Positions 8,921 to 17,631 of a DNA stretch of 64,000 nucleotides are shown piece by piece. The notes under the pieces were generated by a model. That model saw only the letters and a program-made list of their open reading frames with translations, made no database searches and was not told the DNA's origin. How positions within the stretch are numbered: position 1 is the first letter of the stretch; each line of letters begins with the position of its first letter. Both the position numbers and the translations under genes were made by a program. Source of the DNA: Bacteroidota bacterium. GTDB taxonomy: Bacteria > Bacteroidota > Ignavibacteria > SZUA-365. The stretch is from assembly GCA_035362335.1 (NCBI GenBank), contig DAOSDL010000004.1:114759-178758 (forward strand). Reading direction: 5' to 3'.

Positions 8921-9895
8921 TCAGGACGCGAACAGATGCTCCAATTCGGCGCGGTCGCGCGTGAGTCCCATGGCCAGCATCAGTTTAATGCGGGCCTTCT
9001 GTCCGTTGAGGTAGCGCGCGAACAGCACGCCCGCCTCGTGCAGGTTGCGACCGGCACCATAGTAGCCGTATACATCGTCGGTGCTGCCGCGTGGACAGCG
9101 GGAAACGAGCACAACGGGAATACCGGCGGCAAGTACCTCGAGTATGCCATCGTACGCCCGCGGCGGTACATTGCCCGTGCCCATGGCTTCCACGACGAGT
9201 CCTTGCACGTGATGCTGCACACAGGTGAGAAAGGGTGTGATATCCATGCCAGCGTAGCATTTGAGAATGTGTACGGGTTCGACCGGCGTGACCCAGCCGA
9301 TGCGTTCATGGATGAACGGCTTGCGGAGAAACACCGGTCGGCCTTCGAACATGCGGCCCAAAGGTCCGAAATCAAAACTCATGAAGGTGTCGCGCTGCAA
9401 CGTGTGCGTTTTCGTGACCTCGCTGGCGGCGTTGATTTCCCCGCTGAGGCAGGTCAGCACCCCGAGACCTTTGAACTGACCCGAGAGAATGGTATTCACC
9501 GCATCGCGGATATTGGCGGGACCATCCCAGTCCGGGTCCTCACTGTGATTCATGGACCCGACCAGCACCACCGGTTTTTCCGTATCGAGCAGCAGGTCGA
9601 GGAAATAGGCGGTTTCCTCGAGCGTGTCCGTTCCGTGGGTGATGATCACGCCGAGCACTTCATCGCGCGCGGCCTCGCGCTGCGCGAGTTGAGCGATCTC
9701 CAGCATCATGGCGGGGGTGACATGCGGCCCGGGGAATTTGCCATACTCGATGCAATCCATGCGGGCAAGCGAATGCACATCGTGCATGCGACCAAGGATC
9801 TGATCTCCTGTCAGCGACGGCACCGCACCGCCGGTGGCAGGATCGATGGTCATGGAAATGGTGCCGCCGGTGAAAATGATGGAAATGGTATTCAT
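8921..9895 (-). CDS. ansA: L-asparaginase, type I (cytoplasmic)
   Basis: MNTISIIFTGGTISM...VIITHGTDTLEETAYFLDL, i.e. the TGGTI and HGTDT asparaginase signatures. 324 aa. Confidence 0.85.
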   Translation of the reverse strand: MNTISIIFTGGTISMTIDPATGGAVPSLTGDQILGRMHDVHSLARMDCIEYGKFPGPHVTPAMMLEIAQLAQREAARDEVLGVIITHGTDTLEETAYFLDLLLDTEKPVVLVGSMNHSEDPDWDGPANIRDAVNTILSGQFKGLGVLTCLSGEINAASEVTKTHTLQRDTFMSFDFGPLGRMFEGRPVFLRKPFIHERIGWVTPVEPVHILKCYAGMDITPFLTCVQHHVQGLVVEAMGTGNVPPRAYDGILEVLAAGIPVVLVSRCPRGSTDDVYGYYGAGRNLHEAGVLFARYLNGQKARIKLMLAMGLTRDRAELEHLFAS

Positions 9896-10347
9896 GATGT
9901 GCGTGGCGTCCTTGTTGCGATGGCGAGCATCGCGAGTGATGGTTCAATGGAAAGGGAAACGAATAGTGGGAATGGCCAGTCGCGGGCGAACACGCGCAAT
10001 TCCACCACACCCGGATCGCCCCGGGAGACGATCGTCACCGCGCTGCTATCGGCTGCGTAGCGCAGTTCGACCAGTGCCGCGCCCTGCAGCAGTTCGCAAC
10101 GAATGGCGCGCGTGGACCATGGGACGCGCGCTCCCGCACGCCCGACGCCATAGGCATGGATAGTGGCTTCCGCCTCGGCTTCCGCCGCGAGCACAGGCGG
10201 AAGCACCTCCACTTCCACGCGATACACCACGAGGTACTGCGTGTAACCGTACAGGCCCGCCGCGAGCAAGGCCAGCACGAGGACGAGCGTGAAAACGGAT
10301 CGGGGACGTTGTGCTTCGGAAGGATTCCGAGGGGTGGATGCTGTCAC
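9892..10347 (-). CDS. Hypothetical membrane-anchored protein (tentative)
   Basis: Its stop overlaps the asparaginase ATG by 4 nt. A GTG at 10347 gives a ~151-aa protein with one TM (SVFTLVLVLALLAAGLYGY). The rest of track ORF 9892..10974 is antisense to the Spy-like gene. Confidence 0.3.
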   Translation of the reverse strand: MTASTPRNPSEAQRPRSVFTLVLVLALLAAGLYGYTQYLVVYRVEVEVLPPVLAAEAEAEATIHAYGVGRAGARVPWSTRAIRCELLQGAALVELRYAADSSAVTIVSRGDPGVVELRVFARDWPFPLFVSLSIEPSLAMLAIATRTPRTS

Positions 10348-10470
10348 AAATGCGATTGCTGCAAGATGGAGAAGTCCCGGTATCACGCCCGTGGTTAAAC
10401 CGCCCGCGCGCGCACCGTGTCCTACCCGCAAAACTATCACATCCCCACTCGACAGACAAGGAACGACATC

Positions 10471-10905
10471 ATGAACAGAATACTTCTCACCCTTCTCGCC
10501 GCGCTGTTGCTCTCGGGTACGGCGCTGGCACAGCCGGAAGGACGCGGAGACCGCGGCGGGATGCCGGGCATCGAAAAATTGAACCTGAGCGCTGAACAGA
10601 AGTCCGCATTGAAAAGCGCGGTCAAACCCTATCGCACACAACTCATCGATCTGAAGGCGGACATGCAGAAAAAGCGCCTCGAACTGCGCGACATCATGGA
10701 TACCGACAATCCCGACCGCGCCGCGTACGAAAAAGCGGGCAAGGACATGGCCGACATCGAACAGCGCATGCGTCTGACCTTGTTCGACATGCGCGCCGAA
10801 GCGATGAAGATTCTCACCCCCGAGCAACGCGCGAAATGGAACGAGCAACGCGGCGAGCGCATGCGCGAATTCGGCAAGCGTCTGCGCGAGCGGCGTGAAC
10901 GTTGA
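10471..10905 (+). CDS. Periplasmic Spy/CpxP-family (LTXXQ motif) protein
   Basis: Trimmed to the ATG at 10471. Signal peptide MNRILLTLLAALLLSGTALAQ, LTXXQ-type motifs (LSAEQ, LTPEQ) and helical, charged content. Confidence 0.65.
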   Translation: MNRILLTLLAALLLSGTALAQPEGRGDRGGMPGIEKLNLSAEQKSALKSAVKPYRTQLIDLKADMQKKRLELRDIMDTDNPDRAAYEKAGKDMADIEQRMRLTLFDMRAEAMKILTPEQRAKWNEQRGERMREFGKRLRERRER

Positions 10906-10934
10906 CGCGACATTCGGCGGTGGACATCCGCGGC

Positions 10935-10970
10935 GAGGACACTGTGCGAGCGGTGTCCTCGTTGCGTTTT
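10935..10970 (+). terminator. Rho-independent terminator after the Spy-like gene
   Basis: GAGGACAC-10 nt-GTGTCCTC followed by GTTGCGTTTT. Confidence 0.55.
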
Positions 10971-11470
10971 CCACGTTGCGAAACGCGAGAAAATGAGCGG
11001 GGCTGACCCGGGCAGGCAGGAGGGAGTGGATATCCTTGCCAATGGCAAGAATTTTTCTCGGCGAGGGCGTGGAAAACGTGGCATTTTGGGCGAATTTCTG
11101 TCTTGTGTTGAATAATGAAACGGCGGCGTTTTTTTCTCATCGGGAAATCCCGTACTTTCGGTACTGGACTGTGCTATCCGTATATCCGCAGAACACCAAG
11201 CACCTTCGCGCGATGGAAGCAGACAAGCCGCGGTTTCGCCACACGGACAGTCCACGCGGCACGCGGGGTTGCATCCCTGCCAGGGATGAAGCCCTACCGC
11301 CCGCCATCGCGGGCCAAGCGTTCGCCCGACGAACAGAAAGGATGAGCAGCATTCGCATCCCGACCTTTCCCCTCCGACGCCAACAACCGTGCGTTTCTCA
11401 CTGCCTGCCGGCAAAAACGCCCTGCATTTCGACATGGATGTCACACTGACCTGATACACTGAGGTACCGT

Positions 11471-14400
11471 ATGAGCAATCGGAACAAAGTGATGATCGAC
11501 GGCAACGAAGCCGCCGCTTTCGTCGCTCACAAAACGAATGAAGTATGCGCCATTTACCCGATCACCCCGAGCTCGAACATGGGCGAATGGGCCGACGCCT
11601 GGTCGGCCGTGGGGCAACGCAACATCTGGGGCACCGTGCCCGTGGTTGCGGAGCTGCAGAGTGAGGGAGGCGCGTCGGGTGCCGTGCATGGCGCCCTGCA
11701 GACCGGATCCCTGACCACGACGTTCACCGCGTCGCAGGGTCTGCTGCTGATGATTCCCAACATGTACAAAATCGCCGGCGAACTCACGTCCACCGTGTTC
11801 CACGTGTCGGCACGTACGGTGGCCGCGCACGCGCTGTCCATTTTCGGCGACCACAGCGACATCATGGCCGTGCGGCAGACGGGCTTCGCCCTTCTGGCGT
11901 CCAACTCCGTGCAGGAGGTGATGGATACCGCTCTGATCGCACAGTCCGCCACCTTGCACGCCCGCGTGCCTTTCGTGCATTTCTTCGATGGTTTCCGCAT
12001 TTCGCATGAAGTGATGAAAATCGAAGAATTGACCGACGAGGACATGCATGCGATGCTTCCCGACGAGTTGATCGCCGAACACCGTCGTCGCGCTCTCAGT
12101 CCGGAGAAGCCTGTGCTCCGTGGCACGGCGCAAAATCCCGACGTGTTTTTCCAGGCGCGCGAGACGGTGAATCCGTTCTACGCCGCCTGTCCGGATCACG
12201 TGCAGGATGCGATGGACCGCTTCGCGAAAATCGTGGGCCGTCAGTACAATCTCTTCGACTATGTCGGCGCGGCCGATGCCGAGCGCGTGATTGTGATGAT
12301 GGGATCCGGTTGCGGCGCCGCCGAGGAAACCGTGGAGAAGTTGCTCGAGCAGGGCGAGAAGATAGGTTTGCTCAAGGTTCGTCTGTTCCGCCCCTTCTCG
12401 GTCAAGCATTTCATCAACGCCCTGCCCGCGAGCACCAAATCCATCGCCGTGCTGGATCGCACCAAGGAGCCGGGTGCGGCCGGCGAACCGCTGTATCAGG
12501 ACGTGATCACCGCGCTCGCGGAAGCGATGAGCGAAGGCACCTTGCCCATGGGCAGCTTCCCGAAAGTGGTGGGCGGCCGCTATGGACTTTCGTCGAAGGA
12601 ATTCACCCCGACCATGGTCAAGTCCGTGTTCGACAACCTGTCCGCGCCCACGCCGAAGAACCACTTCACCGTGGGTATCAAGGACGACGTGACCAACAGC
12701 AGTCTGGACTACGATCCGAACTGGCGCGTGGAACCGGACGATGTGTTCCGTGGCATGTTCTACGGCCTGGGTGCCGACGGCACGGTGGGTGCGAACAAGA
12801 ACTCCATCAAGATCATTGGTGAAGAAACCGACTTCAGCGCACAGGGATATTTCGTGTACGATTCGAAGAAATCGGGCTCGATCACCACGTCCCACCTGCG
12901 CTTCGGTCCGCGTCCCATTCGATCGACCTATCTAATCGAGACGGCGAATTTCGTGGCTTGCCATCAGTTCACCTTCCTTGAGAAATACGACATGCTCTCG
13001 CGCATCGTCGAGGGCGGCGTGTTCCTGCTCAACAGTCCCTACGGTATGGACGAGGTGTGGGACAAGATGCCCCGCGCCGTGCAGCAGGTGATCATCGACA
13101 AAAAGCTGAAGTTCTACATCATCGACGGCTATTCCGTGGCCGAGGCCACTGGCATGGGCGCCCGCGTGAACACCATCATGCAGACCTGCTTCTTCGCCAT
13201 CTCCGGCATTCTGCCCAAGGACGATGCGATCGCGAAGATCAAGACGTCGATCAAGAAGACCTACGGCGGCAAGGGCGACAAGATCGTGCAGATGAACTAC
13301 AACGCTGTGGATCAAACTCTTGCCAATCTCCACGAAGTCCCCGTGCCCGCGGTGGCCAGCAGCAAGATCGAGCTGCCCCCGACCGTGTCCGAGAAGGCGC
13401 CGGATTTCGTGCGCGACGTCACCGCGAAAATCATCGCCGGACATGGCGACGATTTGCCCGTGAGCGCGTTCCCGGTGGATGGTACCTTCCCCACTGGTAC
13501 GACCATGTGGGAGAAACGCAACATCGCTCTGGAAATCCCCGCCTGGGATGAAGTGACCTGCATCCAATGCGGCAAATGCGCCATGGTGTGTCCGCATGCC
13601 ACCATCCGCATCAAAGTCTACGACGAGAAGGAATTGGCCGCTGCGCCGTCCACCTTCAAGTCCTGCGATGCGCGTGGTAAGGAGTACGAGGGCCTGAAGT
13701 ACACGATTCAGGTCGCGCCCGAGGATTGCACCGGTTGCGCGCTGTGCGTCGAGGTGTGTCCGGCCAAGAACAAGTCGGAAGTGCGTCTGAAGGCCATCAA
13801 CATGGTGCCGCAGATTCCGATTCGCGAACAGGAACGCGAGAACTGGGACTTCTTCCTGAATCTGCCCGAGTACGACCGCACCAAGGTGAAGCTCAACACC
13901 ATCCAGGGCTCGCAGTTGCTGCAGCCGCTGTTTGAATTCTCCGGCGCCTGCTCGGGTTGCGGCGAAACGCCGTATGTGAAGTTGGCCAGCCAGCTCTTTG
14001 GCGACCGCATGATCGTGGCCAATGCCACGGGCTGCTCTTCGATCTACGGCGGCAACCTTCCGACGACGCCGTGGACGGTGAACAAGGACGGACGCGGTCC
14101 GGCCTGGTCCAACTCGCTGTTCGAGGACAATGCGGAATTCGGTTTCGGCTTCCGTCTCACTCTCGACAAGCAGGAGCAATTCGCCAAGGAAATGATCATG
14201 CATCTCGCCGGCGAAATCGGTGAGGATCTGGTGCGTGGAATCCTGGAAGCGGACCAGACGAGCGAACTCGGCATCAGCCAGCAGCGCGAGCGCGTGCAGG
14301 CGTTGAAGGAGAAGCTCCGTTCGATGACCGCTCCCGAAGCCACCCGCCTCATGTCCGTGGCCGATTACCTGATCCGCCGCAGCGTGTGGATCATGGGCGG

Positions 14401-15067
14401 TGACGGATGGGCCTACGACATCGGCTTCGGAGGACTGGACCACGTGCTGGCCTCGGGCAAGAACGTGAACGTGCTGGTGATGGACACCGAGGTGTACTCC
14501 AACACTGGCGGACAGATGTCCAAGGCCACGCCTCTCGGCGCGGTGGCGAAGTTCGCCGCGGGTGGCAAGCCCATCGGCAAGAAGGATTTGGGCCTGATCG
14601 CCATGAGCTACGGCAATGTGTATGTCGCCTCCGTGGCCATGGGCTCGAACGACACGCAGACCTTGCGCGCCTTCCTCGAGGCCGAGGCGTACGACGGACC
14701 GTCCCTTATCATCGCTTACAGCCACTGCATCGCGCACGGTATCGACATGTCCAAGGGCATGGAGCATCAGAAAGCGCTGGTGGATTCGGGCATGTGGCCG
14801 CTGTACCGCTTCAATCCCGTGCTCGCGCGTGAAGGAAAGAATCCCTTCAAACTGGATTCGAAGGCACCGAAGATTCCGGTCAAGGAGTTCATCTCCACCG
14901 AGACGCGTTTCAGCATGCTCTTCAAGAGCAAGCCCGACGAAGCGAACCGCCTCGCCGCCATCGCGCAGGAAGAGGTGACCAAGCGCTACCAGTACTTCTC
15001 GCATCTCGAGAAACTCTACGATACCATCAACGCCCCCGCAACGGCGGAAGCGACGGAACAGGCATAG
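11471..15067 (+). CDS. nifJ: Pyruvate:ferredoxin (flavodoxin) oxidoreductase, single-chain
   Basis: 1198 aa. It has two 4Fe-4S ferredoxin motifs (CIQCGKCAMVCP, CTGCALCVEVCP), a TPP domain (GGDGWAYDIG) and family-typical length. Confidence 0.95.
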   Translation: MSNRNKVMIDGNEAAAFVAHKTNEVCAIYPITPSSNMGEWADAWSAVGQRNIWGTVPVVAELQSEGGASGAVHGALQTGSLTTTFTASQGLLLMIPNMYKIAGELTSTVFHVSARTVAAHALSIFGDHSDIMAVRQTGFALLASNSVQEVMDTALIAQSATLHARVPFVHFFDGFRISHEVMKIEELTDEDMHAMLPDELIAEHRRRALSPEKPVLRGTAQNPDVFFQARETVNPFYAACPDHVQDAMDRFAKIVGRQYNLFDYVGAADAERVIVMMGSGCGAAEETVEKLLEQGEKIGLLKVRLFRPFSVKHFINALPASTKSIAVLDRTKEPGAAGEPLYQDVITALAEAMSEGTLPMGSFPKVVGGRYGLSSKEFTPTMVKSVFDNLSAPTPKNHFTVGIKDDVTNSSLDYDPNWRVEPDDVFRGMFYGLGADGTVGANKNSIKIIGEETDFSAQGYFVYDSKKSGSITTSHLRFGPRPIRSTYLIETANFVACHQFTFLEKYDMLSRIVEGGVFLLNSPYGMDEVWDKMPRAVQQVIIDKKLKFYIIDGYSVAEATGMGARVNTIMQTCFFAISGILPKDDAIAKIKTSIKKTYGGKGDKIVQMNYNAVDQTLANLHEVPVPAVASSKIELPPTVSEKAPDFVRDVTAKIIAGHGDDLPVSAFPVDGTFPTGTTMWEKRNIALEIPAWDEVTCIQCGKCAMVCPHATIRIKVYDEKELAAAPSTFKSCDARGKEYEGLKYTIQVAPEDCTGCALCVEVCPAKNKSEVRLKAINMVPQIPIREQERENWDFFLNLPEYDRTKVKLNTIQGSQLLQPLFEFSGACSGCGETPYVKLASQLFGDRMIVANATGCSSIYGGNLPTTPWTVNKDGRGPAWSNSLFEDNAEFGFGFRLTLDKQEQFAKEMIMHLAGEIGEDLVRGILEADQTSELGISQQRERVQALKEKLRSMTAPEATRLMSVADYLIRRSVWIMGGDGWAYDIGFGGLDHVLASGKNVNVLVMDTEVYSNTGGQMSKATPLGAVAKFAAGGKPIGKKDLGLIAMSYGNVYVASVAMGSNDTQTLRAFLEAEAYDGPSLIIAYSHCIAHGIDMSKGMEHQKALVDSGMWPLYRFNPVLAREGKNPFKLDSKAPKIPVKEFISTETRFSMLFKSKPDEANRLAAIAQEEVTKRYQYFSHLEKLYDTINAPATAEATEQA

Positions 15068-15157
15068 TGTCGACGGCACGGGGGGAACCCAGCGTTCCCC
15101 CCTCCCGCCACGCACACAAGCCATTACGACAGCAACAGAACACACGAGGATAGACGC

Positions 15158-16156
15158 ATGGATCTCACAACCACGTACATGGGTCTTCAACTGAAGAACC
15201 CGATCGTTCCGTCGGCAAGTCCGATGTCCAAAGATCTCGGCACAATCAAGCGCATGGAAGATGCCGGTGCCTCCGCCATCGTGATGTATTCGCTCTTCGA
15301 AGAGCAGATCACCCACGAGCAGCGCGAACTCGACCATTTTCTCATGCAGGGCGCCGAGAGCTATCAGGAAGCCATGAGCTACTTCCCCGCCACCGAGGAC
15401 TTCAACCTCGGCCCGGACGAGTATCTCGAGCACATCCGTCAAGCCAAAGAGCAAACCGCCATTCCCATCATCGGCAGTCTCAACGGCGTTTCCGCCGGCG
15501 GCTGGCTGGAGTACGCCAAGAAGATCGAGCAGGCAGGCGCCGATGGTCTCGAACTCAACGTGTACTACATCCCCACCAACAAGAACTACACCGCGCAGGA
15601 AATCGAGCGCATTTACATCGACGACCTCACCCGCGTCAAGCAGGCGGTGTCCATTCCCGTTGCGATGAAGCTGAGTCCGTATTTCAGCGCCATGGCCAAC
15701 ATGGCCGCCCGTCTCGACGAGGCCGGTGCGGATGCGTTGGTGCTCTTCAACCGATTCTATCAGCCCGACTTCGATCTCGAGGCCCTGGAAGTGTTGCCGA
15801 CGGTGAACCTCAGCCATTCCGGCGAGGGTCGCCTGCCGCTGCGCTGGATCGCCATTCTCCATGGCAATGTGAAGGCTTCGCTGGCCGCGACCACAGGCAT
15901 TCACAGCGCGCAAGACGTGCTGAAGATGATGATGGCCGGCGCGGATGTGGCCATGATGTGCAGCGCCCTGCTGCAGCACGGTCCGCAGCACATCGCGGCG
16001 GTGTTGGCCGATCTCCAGCGCTGGATGGAGGAAAAGGACTACGTCTCCATCGCGCAGATGAAGGGCAGCATGAGCCAGCGCTCCGTTGCCGAACCCGCCG
16101 CCTTCGAGCGTGCCAACTACATGAAGGCCCTCAACAGCTGGCGCAGCATCATTTGA
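15158..16156 (+). CDS. Dihydroorotate-dehydrogenase-like FMN TIM-barrel protein (non-canonical)
   Basis: 332 aa, 90 nt downstream of nifJ. It has PyrD-like architecture ([14 protein letters not shown]...[13 protein letters not shown]...). The position of the catalytic Cys/Ser loop (..N-L-S-C-P-N..) reads NVYYIPTN. Confidence 0.8.
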   Translation: MDLTTTYMGLQLKNPIVPSASPMSKDLGTIKRMEDAGASAIVMYSLFEEQITHEQRELDHFLMQGAESYQEAMSYFPATEDFNLGPDEYLEHIRQAKEQTAIPIIGSLNGVSAGGWLEYAKKIEQAGADGLELNVYYIPTNKNYTAQEIERIYIDDLTRVKQAVSIPVAMKLSPYFSAMANMAARLDEAGADALVLFNRFYQPDFDLEALEVLPTVNLSHSGEGRLPLRWIAILHGNVKASLAATTGIHSAQDVLKMMMAGADVAMMCSALLQHGPQHIAAVLADLQRWMEEKDYVSIAQMKGSMSQRSVAEPAAFERANYMKALNSWRSII

Positions 16157-16179
16157 CGGACATCAACATCCGGATAAAA

Positions 16180-16202
16180 AACGGCGTCCCCTGGACGCCG
16201 TT
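16180..16202. terminator. Bidirectional hairpin terminator between convergent genes
   Basis: AACGGCGTCC-CCT-GGACGCCGTT, flanked by AAAAA upstream and TGTTTAT downstream. Confidence 0.6.
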
Positions 16203-16231
16203 GTTTATACATGGAAACATGCTCCCCCGCC

Positions 16232-17437
16232 TTACGCGGAGCCCGCACCGCGGCGATAAATCGTGGCCAATCCGCCTGTGGAGGTTTCGCGATACATGGA
16301 AGGCAACGCGCGTCCGGTTTCCACCATCACCGACACCACATCATCGAAGCTGATCCAGTGCAGCCCATCGGTGAGCAGGGAAAAGCATGCACAGCTCAGG
16401 GCGCGCGAGGCCGCGTGTCCGTTGCGTTCGATGCAGGGAATTTGCACCAACCCTCCCACTGGATCGCAAGTCAGTCCGAGGTGATGCTCGAGGCCCATTT
16501 CGGCGGCGCATTCGATTTGTTGCAACGTGCCACCGTGCAATTGCGTGGCCGCGGCGGCGGCCATGGCGCAGGCCGTGCCGATTTCGCCCTGGCACCCCAC
16601 AGCGGCGCCACTGATCGAGCCGTTATGTTTCACCACATTGCCGAACAGCCCCGCGGTGGCGAGCGCACGCACGATATCGTCGCGATTGCAGTCGAGTTGT
16701 TTGTCCAGATAATACAGAATCGACGGAAGCACGCCGCTCGAGCCGCAGGTGGGCGCGGTGACCACGAGCGATCCGGCGGCGTTTTCCTCCGCCGCCGCGT
16801 AGGCGTAGGCGGCGAGCAAGGCGTCGGAGCGAAAATACATGTCCGCCATGAGCAGGGCTTTGCGATAGAAGGCGCGCGCCCTCCGCTGCAAGCCCAGCGG
16901 ACCGGGCAACAGGCCCTCGGCATCCATACCGCGCTCGACGGCGGCGCGCATGGTTTCCCACACACGTTCGAGAAAGGGCCAAATCTCCGGGCCTTCGTGG
17001 CGACCGACGAATTCCCAAAACGACTCGCCGGTGTCCCGGCAATGTTGGAGAATTTCGGCCATGGAGGTTGCGGTGTACACATGTTCGGGCGTTGTGTCGC
17101 TGAGCAGTGTGCCACCGCCGGTGCTGTACTCGATGTGATGGCCCGTTTCCAGGCCCTCGCCGGTAATGGCGCGAAACTCCATGCCGTTGGGGTGCAGCGG
17201 AAGGCTTTCATCCGGCTTCCACACGATATCCACCGGCTTCGGGGCGAAAGCCGCGCGCAGTCCAACATCCGTCATGTGCCCTCGTCCCGTTGCGGCAAGG
17301 CTGCCGTAGAGCACCACGCGGAAAGAGGCCGCTTCGGGATGCCGTTCGCGGAAGGCGGTTGCAGCCCGCTGTGGACCGATGGTGTGGCTGCTGGAAGGAC
17401 CATTGCCGAAGCGGAACAGCGAGCGAAGAGAATGCAT
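16232..17437 (-). CDS. sdaA: L-serine ammonia-lyase (Fe-S dependent L-serine dehydratase)
   Basis: Trimmed to the ATG at 17437. MHSLRSLFRFGNGPSSSHTIGP...VTAPTCGSSGVLP...GCQGEIGTACAMAA are characteristic motifs. Confidence 0.85.
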   Translation of the reverse strand: MHSLRSLFRFGNGPSSSHTIGPQRAATAFRERHPEAASFRVVLYGSLAATGRGHMTDVGLRAAFAPKPVDIVWKPDESLPLHPNGMEFRAITGEGLETGHHIEYSTGGGTLLSDTTPEHVYTATSMAEILQHCRDTGESFWEFVGRHEGPEIWPFLERVWETMRAAVERGMDAEGLLPGPLGLQRRARAFYRKALLMADMYFRSDALLAAYAYAAAEENAAGSLVVTAPTCGSSGVLPSILYYLDKQLDCNRDDIVRALATAGLFGNVVKHNGSISGAAVGCQGEIGTACAMAAAAATQLHGGTLQQIECAAEMGLEHHLGLTCDPVGGLVQIPCIERNGHAASRALSCACFSLLTDGLHWISFDDVVSVMVETGRALPSMYRETSTGGLATIYRRGAGSA

Positions 17438-17568
17438 GGAGCACCTGTGGCGAGTGAGATCCGCGCTCGGGCGAACGCGGTACTGGCAATATAGGACGCG
17501 CCAGCGACACCGCCGCGCGCTCATGTTTTTCTCATACCAAAGCGATTCCATTTCAGCCATAATCTGCG

Positions 17569-17576
17569 TAGTTTTG
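17569..17576 (+). promoter_or_regulatory. Candidate Bacteroidota-type -7 promoter element TAGTTTTG (TAnnTTTG)
   Basis: Exact match to the TAnnTTTG pattern in an AT-rich patch, about 55 nt upstream of the 17632 ATG. Confidence 0.3.
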
Positions 17577-17631
17577 TAGTTATTACGATGTGTGACAACA
17601 AACATTCACTTAGAGAAACGAGGGATTTTCC

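Noticed and set aside
12932-15991. 1019-aa minus-strand ORF, the longest non-annotated ORF in the track
   Set aside because: It is entirely antisense to nifJ and the DHOD-like gene. Its Arg/His/Gly/Ala-rich, low-complexity translation is typical of shadow ORFs in high-G+C DNA. The sense-strand genes have unambiguous family signatures.
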